Shown here one piece after another: positions 32,506 to 44,028 of a stretch of 64,000 nucleotides of DNA. The stretch spans positions 29,187 through 93,186 of the forward strand of contig CAVWLP010000001.1 in the NCBI GenBank assembly GCA_963755915.1, in the 5' to 3' direction. Position 1 is the first letter of the stretch. Every line of letters begins with the position of its first letter. The position numbers and the translations under genes were made by a program. Source of the stretch: an uncultured Phycisphaerales bacterium (GTDB taxonomy: Bacteria > Planctomycetota > Phycisphaerae > Tepidisphaerales > Tepidisphaeraceae). The notes beneath the pieces are model-generated. The model was not told where the DNA came from and did not search any database. It was given only the letters and a program-made list of their open reading frames with translations.

Positions 32506-35500
32506 ATGGGACAAATGACATTGCCAACGCTGACAACTACCCAGGACACCGAGCCTGTTTCCCGACTGAGCGAACTCCGGTACGTCGCGCTGGTCATCGT
32601 CCTTGGCCTGATCGGGTCCCTGGTCTCGTGGAGATTCCTCAATCGCACCGCAGTGATTCGGGCAACCCAGCTTGCCAGTGCAGACTACGAGGACGACTTC
32701 AGTCACGGCAAAAAAATAATTGAAGACCAGTTCGACCGGATTTACGACGCCATACGCCTGATCGCGATTGTGCCCGGCGTCAAGAAAATTGACTGCAACA
32801 CCGCCGATTTTGACCAGAACGCGCAAATCGCGGCGGCCGCGATCTACGAAAACCTCGTTAGCGATGTTGGTGTATCCAACATCTTTATCGTTTCCAAGGA
32901 TTTCACGCCCGGGCAACTCAACTCGGCGACCGGCCGGCCACAGACGCCCATCATCGCCTTCAGCGGTGGACCCGGTGCCGTCAGCGCCCTCAGCGATTTA
33001 CGCTCCTCCGGTGACTCTTATCGCGCCATGTTGCCGCTGTACGAAACCATGGCCGCCCAGATCCAAAGTTTTCGACGCAATTGTCCGGACGCCGGCTCGG
33101 TTCGACAAGGGCTTGCTCCGGCTTTGGCCAGCGACGAAATTGAGTTCGCCCGCACCAACACCGGCGCCGGCGTCCGCGGCATCGTCTACGCCGTACCAAT
33201 CTACGGCGCCGACGGGAAATTTGCCGGAATCGTCGCCTGCACCCTCCGGACGTCCGTCATGGCGGGCTGGCTCGACATCCATTTCCTGACCCTCCTGCGG
33301 CAGTCCGGATTCCGCACCATGTTCGCCGACGATTCCGCCCCGCCGCCCAATGAACAATTCGGTTATACCCAGTCAGACAGCGTCTTTATCGTCGACATGG
33401 CGCCCTGGAGACTCGACATTTCCGTCCCCGCCGACGTCTTCTATAAGGGCGACGATTTCGGCTGGGTCGCCGCACAATCCCGATTCATATTGGGATTTGG
33501 AAGCATCCTGACTATCGCCTTCGCCGCCGTGGCGTGGACGCTTTCCAAAAGCCGCCACAGGGCGCTGGCCCTCGCCAAGTCGATGACCGCCTCGCTCAAC
33601 CTCGCCAAGGAGGCCGCGGAATCCGCCAGTCACGCAAAAAGCGAGTTTCTCGCGCGCATGAGCCACGAAATTCGCACTCCCCTCAACGGCGTCGTCGGAA
33701 TGATCGACCTGCTGGGAGAAACAGAACTCGCATCCAACCAACGGCGTTACACCGATTCCGCGCGCACCGCCGCCGCGAATCTCCTCTCCGTCATCAATGA
33801 CATCCTCGATTTCTCGAAAATCGAAGCCGGCAAAGTAGAAATTGAGGCTATCGAATTCGACCTCCACCGCGTCGTCGAGGACCTGATCGAACTCCTCGCA
33901 CCTATCGCAGCAAAGAAACATCTCGCCCTCGGTTGCCTTCTTCCCGACAACATTCCACACCGCATGGTCGGAGATCCGATCCGCATCGGCCAGGTCCTCA
34001 CCAATCTCGTCGGCAACGCGATCAAATTCACCGCACGGGGTTCGGTCAGCGTTCGCGTCGAGCTCGCCGCTCAGATCGGGCCTCGCCGCACCATCCGCGT
34101 CAATGTTGAGGACACCGGCATTGGCATTCCCCAGAGCCGAATGGACAGGCTCTTCAAGGGTTTCTCACAAGTCGATACGTCAACCACCCGCAAATTCGGC
34201 GGAACCGGCCTCGGACTGGCGATCTGCAAACGATTGGTTGAGCTGATGGGAGGAGAAATCGGCGTTCACAGCCAGGAGGGCCGCGGGGCCACCTTCTGGT
34301 TCAGCATGGACCTGCCCGCTGTCGACGTCGCCGCCGACTCCGGTTGCCGGCCCGGGAGCCAGATTCGCGTCCTCGCCCTGGAACCCGATCCGGCGTACCG
34401 CGCAATCCTTCAAAAGCAGTTGGAACAACGTTTTTCCTCGGTAACAATCGTAGCCGATACCCAAAGCGCGCTCTGCGGCGCTCAAGCGCGGCGCCGCCGC
34501 GGGCTCTACGTTTGAAGTCGCCCTTCTCCCCCATCAGAGTGATGAATTTCGCCCGCTGGTCCAGGCGATCAAGTCTGACCCCCGGCTCCAGACGACCAAG
34601 CTGCTCGCCATCCTCGACATCGACGACCGCACCGAACTTGAAATGTTACGCGGACTGGGGTTTTCGGCCCGTTTGCACCGGCCTCTCACCCAATCTCGTC
34701 TCCTCGACGCCATCTGCTCACTGGTCGAGCCCCGCGAAGGCTGCCCGGATCCCTCCGCCGTCCCCGCCCAGCACCCGCGAAAACTGCATTTCCTGGTTGC
34801 CGAAGACAACGAGATGAACCAGTTCGTCACCGAAGAATTCCTCCGCCGCGCCGGGTGTACCTGCAAAATCGTCGCCGACGGCCGGCTCGCCGTCGAGGAA
34901 TCCGCCAAAGGAAGTTTCAATGCAATCCTGATGGACTGCCAGATGCCCGACATGGATGGCCTGGAAGCCAGCCGGCTCATTCGCCAGCGCGAAGCCGCCA
35001 CGCCAGGGTCGCAGCGAATAGCGATCATCGCGCTCACGGCTGAAGCAATTGCCGGCGACCGCGAAAAATGCATCGCCGCCGGAATGGACGGCTACGTCAC
35101 CAAACCGATCAATCCCCGCGAGCTTTTTCGCGAGGTCGATACCGTGCTCAAGGCCCAGGCAACGGCGTCGCCTGCCGCAAAGGCGGCAACGCCCGCTCCC
35201 GGCGCCCCCACGCCCATTGAAACTTCCGTCCTGCTCGATCGCTGTATGGGCGACCGCGAGTATGCGATTCAAACTCTGGAAAAGTTCCGCCGCCGCGCCA
35301 TCAAAGACGCCGACGACCTCGCCGAAACGGGCGCCCAATCCCCTAAAAAGACCGGAGAGATCGCTCACAATCTGAAGGCCGTCGCCTCTCACATGGGCGC
35401 CGCCGAGCTGCGCCGCCTCGCCTTTGCTATGGAGCAGGCCGCAGACCACGCCGATCTCGAATTCCTCGAGCATCGCCTGCCGGAGCTGTGCGCCGAAGCC

Positions 35501-35590
35501 CGGCGCTGTGCCGACTATGTTCCCCAACTCATCGGAATGATCGAACAAGGGTCGGCCAGTACCCCCGTCAAAGAGGAATCGGCAAGGTGA
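32506..35590 (+). CDS. Membrane hybrid histidine kinase with degenerate REC, REC and Hpt (frameshift near 34480)
   Basis: Two TMs flanking a sensor domain; [40 protein letters not shown] Hpt. Confidence 0.87.
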
Positions 35591-35593
35591 CGC

Positions 35594-38039
35594 ATGCAAA
35601 TTCTGGCGATAGATGACGACGCCTTCCACCTCCACCTTCTTGAACGCGCGCTGGTCAAGCTGGGTCACACCGTGGTTCGCGCAGGTAGTGCTAGCGAAGG
35701 GCTCGACCTTCTCCGCCACGGCGAAATACGCCTCGTCGTCACTGACTGGGAAATGCCCGAAATGGACGGCCTGGAGTTTTGCCGCTCCGTCCGCACCAAC
35801 GATTTCAACGGTTATGTCTATCTCATCATGCTCACCGGGCGCGAGGGTTCCAGGAGCCGCTGCGAAGGCCTCACCGCCGGCGCCGATGCCTTTCTCACCA
35901 AGCCCCTCGACATGAAGGAGATGGAGGTCGTCCTTAGGAACGCCGAGCGAATCCTTTCCCTGGAAACGCGGGACGTGGCCCTCTTCGCACTCGCAAAGCT
36001 GGCGGAAAGCCGCGACATGGAAGTCGGTGGACACATCGAGCGCGTGCAGAGCTACACCCGCCTGCTCGCCCAATCCCTGGCGCCCCGCGTCAAGGAGATA
36101 CACGGTGTCGACGCGGAATATATCCGCCTGCTCTATCAGACCTCGCCCCTCCACGACCTCGGAAAAGTCGGAATCCCCGACCGCGTCCTCCTGAAACCGG
36201 GCAAACTTGACCCCGAAGAATTTGAGATCATGAAGACCCACACCATGCTTGGCGCAAACCCTCGATGCCGCCCTTCAGCGCTTTCCAAACGTGCACTTCC
36301 TCCAGATGGCGCGGGACATCGCCGCCTCGCATCACGAAAAATTCGACGGCACCGGCTATCCCCAATGCCTTGCCGGGCAGCAGATCCCTTTCTGCGGCCG
36401 CGTCGTCGCCCTCGCCGACGTCTACGACGCCCTTACCAGCCGCCGCGTCTACAAGGAGGCTTTGCCCCACGAAAAGGCGCACGAAGCGATTCTCCGCGAA
36501 CGCGGAAAGCATTTCGATCCCGATATCATGGACGCGTTTCTCGCCGCCGAAAAAGAGATTATTTCCGTCCGCGAGCGATTGCGCGACCCCTCCACCGTTC
36601 CCGAATTCGCAGAGGCGCGGATGGAACAAGAGTCGGCGCCGGCGTCCCAACAACCCTGCCCCATCCTCCTCGTCGATGACAGCCCCACCGAATTAAACCT
36701 TCAGGCCGCCGCGCTCGCCCGCATCGGTGAACCCGTTTTCACCGCCAGGAATTCCGTCGAGGCAATGCAGGTCTTCCGCGCCCAGCATCCGGGCCTCATC
36801 GTTTCCGACCTGGAAATGCCCGGCGCCAGCGGTTTGGATCTCTGCCGCCAGATTCGCTCCCTCGCCAACGCCGGACCCGTCCACTTCATCATGCTCACCG
36901 GTCGCACCGACGAGAACTCCATGCTCGAAGCCTACAAGGCCGGCGTCGACGACTTCGTCGGCAAATCCTTCAGTTCCGACGAGCTTCTCGCCCGCGTAAA
37001 AGCCGGCCTGCGAACTTTCCGGCTTCACCAGGAATTGACCCGAAAGACTTCCCGTCTCCAGGAGATAAACGTCCGCCTCCGCCAGATGAACGGGCGACTC
37101 GACCGCTTGTCGATTACCGACGACCTGACCGGTCTGTTCAACCGCCGTCATGCCATGGTGCGCCTCGAAGAGCAATGGGCCATTTCCGAACGCTACAGCC
37201 GTCCGCTCACCGTCGCCATGATCGACATCGATCGGTTTAAGAACGTCAACGACATTCACGGCCACGACGCCGGCGACATCGTCCTGCGCCGCATCGCCGG
37301 GATTTTCCGCGACCAGACCCGTGGCACAGATGCCGTCTGCCGAATCGGCGGCGAGGAATTTCTCATCATTTTCCCGTCCGAAACAGACCAGGAGGCAATC
37401 GCCTGCTGCCAGCGCTGTCGTGCCGCCGTCGAGGCCGGCCCGTTTCGCGTCGGAGATGCACAGTTGCCCGTCACCATCAGTGTCGGGATCGCCCACCGCA
37501 GCGGCGACACCCGCCAATTTCCCGATTTGCTCCGCGCCGCCGACCGCGCCCTCTACACCGCAAAACGCTCCGGACGCAACCGCGTCTGCAACGCGGCTCA
37601 TCAAGATCATTCAGAGGAGACAACCATGTCAGAACCAATTCCTCCCCAAACCCCTAAAACCGGAGCCCTCCCCCTGGGCAACGAAGCACCGATCAAATGG
37701 GACCAGCTCATCGCCCGCTGCGGCGGCGACGCCGCCTTTGCCGCCGCCATCGCCGAGCGCTTCGCCAAACAGGCACCCTCCGACCTCACCCGTCTCGAGG
37801 AATCGGTCACCAACGGCGATGCAATCACCGCCACACGCCTGGCCCACAGTCTCAAAAGCATGGCCGCCTATATGTCCCTGGAGACCACGTCCGCCCTTTG
37901 CAAAACCATCGAGGAGACCGTGCGTGAACACCGCCTCGCCGAGGCTCCTCCCCTCGTATCGCAGCTTCGCCGCCAGATCGAAGCCGCGTTGGCCTGGCTG
38001 GACAAAAATTCCACGCCGCACGCCGCACTTGTTGCTTAA
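35594..38039 (+). CDS. REC-HD-GYP-REC-GGDEF-Hpt fusion protein (frameshift near 36250)
   Basis: TDWEMP; LHDLGKVGIPD, HHEKFDGTGYP; SDLEMP; RGTD..RIGGEEF; AHSLKSMA. Confidence 0.85.
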
Positions 38040-38071
38040 CTTCGGGCGGCCAGGAAAGGCTCAGGCAAGCC

Positions 38072-39787
38072 ATGGGCAAAATACTCGTCGTTGACGACAC
38101 ACAGTTCTGGCGCGATACCGTCGCCGATATTCTCCGCTCCAAAGGCCACAACGTCTTCACTGCCGCCGATGGAGTCCAAGGTCTCGCCGCCCTTCGTCGG
38201 GACGGGGCCGACCTCATTCTCCTCGACGTCGAAATGCCGCGCATGTCCGGCCTTCTCTTCCTCAGCCAGGTCCGCCAAATCAAGGATTGGAAGGACCTGC
38301 CCGTGATCATGCTCACGGGCGATACGCTCAAGGACGACATACTGCGCAAAAAGCTGGGCGCCGTCGACTATATCCTTAAATCGCGATTCAGCATTTCCGA
38401 TTTGCTCGAGCGCGTAAACAAACGAATCCCTCCCGCGGGCACCCTTCCCACCGCGCCGGCAGTTTCCACCTCGCTTCCCGCCGCCCCGCGCAGGCTCCCC
38501 AGCCCGCCCCAGCCGGGGGCGAATTCAAGTCCCTTTTGACCCGCGAACAGAGCATCGAGCGCGTCGAAACCGCAATCGAGGGCGCACCCCTCCCCGGCGT
38601 CGTCACCGAAGTCATCGCCCTCACCGATTCATCGCGCGGAGATTTCCGACCTCGCCGGGCTCATTGGCCGGGACTCCGTCCTGACCGCTCGCATCATTCA
38701 GACCGCCAACAGCGCCGCTTATTCCTCACACCGCAAAATGATTTCCACGCTCGCCGAGGCCGTTCGCATCGTCGGCAGCGCCGTCATCCGCGACATCGCC
38801 GCCTCCGTCGGTCTGTTTGAATCCATGCCCCCTCCCGGCGCCGATGGCTTCAACCCCGTTCAATGCTGGCAACATTCTCTGGCGGCGGCAACGCTCTGCA
38901 GCCTCCTGGCCCCCCAACAAAACCGCGGCATGGCCTACGTCGTTGGACTCTGCCACAACCTCGGCGAACTTCTTTTCCGCGGTCAGTTCGGAGCAGAATA
39001 CCGCCAGGTCCTTGAGGCCAGGAAGTCCTCCGGAAAACCCACCTGGGAAGTCGAGCGTGCCATGCTCGGCATTAGCCGCGGCGAACTCGTCGAGCGCATT
39101 CTCCGCCGGCTCGCATTACCGCCCGCCGTCTGTAACCCGATCATCGCCTATCACCGCGGGGACCGCCGCAACGCCACCGCAAATGAACCCCTTGCCCGCG
39201 TCCTTACCGTCGCCAGTTCCTATGCCAGCGGAATGCTGCTCGAGTTCTGTGACGAGAATCTGATCCGCCCATGGACCCGATCGGAAATTCGCGAAGTGAC
39301 TGGCAATGACGAGCAATCGCCCCCCGACGCCGCGAAGCTCCGAAGCGAGCTCTTCGCATTGACCGCAATCTGTGCCCACCTCTCGCAGTCCCAGCAGAAA
39401 GAGCTAAGCGAATCCTGCGCCCGCCGCCGCCCGGTTCGCCTCTGGCTCGCACGCGAAGAGGCATTGTCCCCTATCGATCCCGTCGCCGCCGCCCTGGATG
39501 GGCTGGCCGAAGCCACCATTCGCAATGCCGTGCCGACCCTCGCCGAAGCCGGTGAATATCACGGACTGGTCGTCTTGGCACGTGAACCCTCGGCCATCGG
39601 ATTTACGCTGAGCGACATTATCGGTGCTTCGAGCGCCGCCGACGGCACCCATCTCCCGACCCTCTGGCTCACATCACGCCTTAGCGGTTCGCAAACGCCG
39701 ATTCCACCGCATATCAACTCAGCGATATTGCCCACGTCCATGAACTATCTCGAAGCCTTCGTTTCCACTGTGGCCAAAGGCATTTAG
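38072..39787 (+). CDS. REC-HDOD domain protein (frameshifts near 38500, 38645)
   Basis: ILLDVEMP; LPGVVTEVIAL, DSVLTARIIQTANSAAY, WQHSLAAA, GLCHNLG. Confidence 0.78.
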
Positions 39788-39796
39788 ACGCCGCAA

Positions 39797-41673
39797 TCAT
39801 TGCACCGGCTCCGGCCCGCACCACGGCCCGCTCTCTCTCATCATCGCCTGCATTACCGAAACCGCCGGCACCGGATACCGCTTCAAATCCGCCGAAAACG
39901 TCACATGAAACAGCGCCAGCGCAGGCGTATCCTTCTTCTCCGGCGCGATGATCGCGACATCATCGTCGCATCCCCCAACGTCTTCAGAAACTGCAAATCG
40001 CCCACCTGCCCCACCACGTACGCCTCGGATGAATGAATCCGATCGCTGCGCAGATACGTCAAATTATGAACCAGCAGCGCATCCCCCCGCAAATAAAACT
40101 GCACCCGGAAAAAGTTGAGCGGCCCGATCGCCGCGTTGATCACCAGCAATTTATCCCCCGGCACCACCGCCGCCACGTCCTGCCGCAAAAAAACCGTGTC
40201 GGGAACGTAATCATCGCGCAACTGCGTCTGCTCCCAACTGAACACCCCGCTCATTCCAATCACGATCGCCGCCAGCATCCACCTCCCATTTTTCGTCCAC
40301 AGCCCATGATAAAACAGCCAGATGCACCCCCCCGCCAGGCCCGCCAAAAACACCCCCGATTCAATCTGCGATTCAATCGCATTCGACGGCGACAGCAACC
40401 GCTTCCACCCCAAAATCACAATCGCAATCCCCAGCGGCACCCCAACTACCATCAATCCAAACCGCGCCCGTCGCGTCGACGCCGGACCCTTGAACATCAA
40501 TTCCGCGATCGGCTTAAGCCCCAATGCCGAAAGAATCGCCCAGGGCGGCAAACTTGGCACCAGATAATGATGATGCTTCCGATGCGGGATCGAAAGCACG
40601 ATGATCGGCACAATCGCCCAGCACCACAAAAATCGCAGCGACCGATCCTGCTCCTTCCACGCCTGCCGCGCCGTCACCACCAGCGCCACGATTGCCGCCG
40701 GAATCCACGGCATCGCCCGCCCCAGCAGCATCACCGGGTAATACCACCACGGCTCATCAAACTCATGCGTCTCGGAAAAATCATACCGAAGATTCGCCAG
40801 ATATCCCCCCACCCCCGGATAAAGACGTGCCACATACACATGCCAGCTCAGCGCAATCACTGCCGCGCCAAGAATCCCCCACAGCCACCAGTACCTGAAA
40901 ATTCGCCTCCGCTGCTCCGGCGGAAAGTGAAATACGAATGAAAGATCCCCACCCCCCTCCCACAGAATCGACGGCATGACAAAATACGCCGCGATAGCCC
41001 CAATCACTACTGCCGCCCCCACCACGGGCCCCTTCGCCAGATTCGTCAGCCCCAGAAAAACAAAAAATGCCGCCACCCTCCACGGCCGCCACCCCAAAAA
41101 TCGAATGCGCCCCTCCCCCACCACCGGGTCCACATGAAATTCCTGGCCCACAAACAGCGCCATCGCCCCCATCACCAGCACCCCCAGAAAAATGTCATCC
41201 TCCGCCAGCGTCGAGTAGATGTAAAACTCGTACATCGTCGCCAGCACCAGCCCCGAAACGATCCCCATCCCCCGCCCAAACCACCCCGCGGCAATCCGCG
41301 CCGTCATCAAAACAATCAGCAACCCCGCCAGCGCCGGCGGTATTCCCACCGACCACCGCGTGTCGCACCGCTGCCCGATCACCTTCGCCACCGCGATCAT
41401 GCACCAGTGCGGCAGCGGCGGACGCTCCAGCCAGGGCCGGTCGCCGTCCATCGGCACCAGCCAGTTGTGCGTCGCCATCATTTCCCGCGAAAGCTCCGGC
41501 AGCCGGGCCTCGTGCAAAGTCAGCGGCCGCCCGCTCACCGCCACATAACCGAACAGAACCGCGCAAAACGCCCCCAGCAGAAAATAATCGCCCCACCGAA
41601 GCGGATTCACGCCTCCAGATACGATATCATGGCCGGTTTCCAGTGAGTTCTGGGGCGTGGTGGTCAATTCCAT
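39797..41673 (-). CDS. ArnT/PMT-like (GT83) membrane glycosyltransferase (frameshift near 39940)
   Basis: LHEAR..SREM..NWLVP..WLERPPL, LAKGPV, EPWWYY, KHHHYLVP; C-terminus continues in another frame to TGA at 39797. Confidence 0.82.
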
Positions 41674-41786
41674 CCATCCTTGAATTCACGCCAGCCACCA
41701 ACCGTCATTTCCGGAGGCAGCCCGCGTGACCGCAATATATTCAACATTCGTTTCGTTTCCAATCCGATAACTGATAGCAGACATCC

Positions 41787-42392
41787 ATGGCCCGAGCCTA
41801 TTCAACCGTCATCTTCCTCTCCCGCGCCACCCGCGCCGTCGCCGGGTTCTGCCTCTTTGTCTGGATCGTCGCCGTCGGAATCGCCGTCTTTTCGGACCCT
41901 CAGTTCAACTCCAATCCCGGCCCCGAATTCATGGCCGCCTTCTGGCCCGCGACCATCCTCTATTTCATCCCCGGACTTGTCCTCTTCATCAGCGGCGCCC
42001 TGGTCAGAACCGGCCGCCTCTGGGCCGCCGTGATCGTCTTCCTCATCAGCATCCTCTCCCTCTTCAAGCTCGCTTTCCTGCTGGTCCCCATGACCGGCCC
42101 CTATTTCGATCCCCCGCTGGGATGCGAAATCCCGGTCCGACTGTTATGCGCCCTGCTCAGCGTCGGCGGCGCCTACGCCTGGGAGGACCTGACGGAAATG
42201 AACCGCACCCGCTCCCGCCGCCCGCGCGGAACCCCGCGGATCATCCAAACCCCCGCGCCCCCTAAAGTGCCGCCCGCGAAAATTCCCCAGCCCGCGCCAC
42301 CGAAATTTAAAACGCCCCCGCCCTCCACCAAAATTCCCCGCCCCAAGCTCCAGCGCGAAAAGAGGCCGGATTCCCGATCAACTTGGTCCTGA
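41787..42392 (+). CDS. Membrane protein with Pro/Lys-rich tail
   Basis: About four hydrophobic segments followed by PAPPKVPPAK low-complexity tail. Confidence 0.6.
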   Translation: MARAYSTVIFLSRATRAVAGFCLFVWIVAVGIAVFSDPQFNSNPGPEFMAAFWPATILYFIPGLVLFISGALVRTGRLWAAVIVFLISILSLFKLAFLLVPMTGPYFDPPLGCEIPVRLLCALLSVGGAYAWEDLTEMNRTRSRRPRGTPRIIQTPAPPKVPPAKIPQPAPPKFKTPPPSTKIPRPKLQREKRPDSRSTWS

Positions 42393-42393
42393 C

Positions 42394-43200
42394 ATGCCCT
42401 CCGATCCGGTAAATTCTCTCGACGATCCCCTCCTGGCCCCCTATCGAAACCTGAAAGACAAGGAACTCGCCAAAAGCGGCGGCCGATTCATCGCCGAGGG
42501 AGAGCACGTCGTACGCCGCCTCCTCGCCAGCCCAACACCCGTAGAATCCGTCCTCCTCGCCCGGCGAAAAGAAGCCGCGATCGCGCCTCTGGTTCCCCCC
42601 AGTGTCAAATTATTCGTCGCCACCGACGAGCTGATCGAGCGCGTCATCGGCTTCGAATTCCACAGCGGCGTCCTCGCCTGCGGCATTCGTCCGCCTTCAC
42701 CTTCGCTCCCTTCGGTCATCCCCCCACCGCCGCAACCCGCCCTGATCGTCGCTTGTCAGGAAATCACCAACGCCGAAAATCTCGGCTCCCTCATTCGCAT
42801 CTCCGCCGCCTTCGGCGCCAATGCGATCCTGATCGGCGAGCGCTGCTGCGACCCCTGGTTTCGCCAAAGCGTTCGCGTCTCGATGGGCACGATCTTCGCC
42901 CTCCCCATCGTGCGCAGTGAGAATCTACTGGCCGATCTGGATCAATTGAGCGAAATGCAGATCGATCGTTTCGTGACGGTTCTCGATAAGAATGCGGAGC
43001 CCCTCGATGGCCTGATTTCGCCCGCGCGCCTCGCAATCGTCTTCGGCAGCGAAGCTCAAGGCCTAGACGCGGAAACGATCTCCCACTCCGACCGTCGGAT
43101 CACCATTCCCATGAAGCTCGGCACCGATTCCCTGAACGTCGCCGTGGCGGCGGGAATTTTTCTCTTCCATCTAACGCGGAGGCGATCTGACAGAATCTGA
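42394..43200 (+). CDS. TrmH/SpoU-family RNA methyltransferase
   Basis: NAENLGSLIR, VFGSEAQGL, IPMKLGTDSLNVAVAAGI. Confidence 0.92.
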   Translation: MPSDPVNSLDDPLLAPYRNLKDKELAKSGGRFIAEGEHVVRRLLASPTPVESVLLARRKEAAIAPLVPPSVKLFVATDELIERVIGFEFHSGVLACGIRPPSPSLPSVIPPPPQPALIVACQEITNAENLGSLIRISAAFGANAILIGERCCDPWFRQSVRVSMGTIFALPIVRSENLLADLDQLSEMQIDRFVTVLDKNAEPLDGLISPARLAIVFGSEAQGLDAETISHSDRRITIPMKLGTDSLNVAVAAGIFLFHLTRRRSDRI

Positions 43201-43293
43201 CAAAATCTGACACTTTTGGGATTTTAATTAGTATCCGCTAACTCATGTTTAATGTTCATTTAACCGCGAAGAGGCGAAGGCGCGAACGGAAGG

Positions 43294-43791
<498 letters not shown>

Positions 43792-43966
43792 GAATTTATG
43801 TTAGCGGGGGAAGATGATTTTTGTTTCGGGGATATGCATTACAAAACTTTACAGTCCGCAACAAAATGGATAAGATAGGTGGTTTGGGGTATTTATATTC
43901 GTGGGTTTTGACATTTATGGTCTACATATGCAGATACTGGATGGGTGCGCCATCGGTGTTCACTGG

Positions 43967-44006
43967 TCCGCGGGTGCGAGCACCGCGCGGCTTTGGTACG
44001 GGTGGT
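43967..44006. repeat. 40-bp direct repeat, left copy
   Basis: tccgcgggtgcgagcaccgcgcggctttggtacgggtggt; 37/40 identical to 45962-46001. Confidence 0.85.
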
Positions 44007-44028
44007 GAGCGTTGCGCCGGCGGCACCG

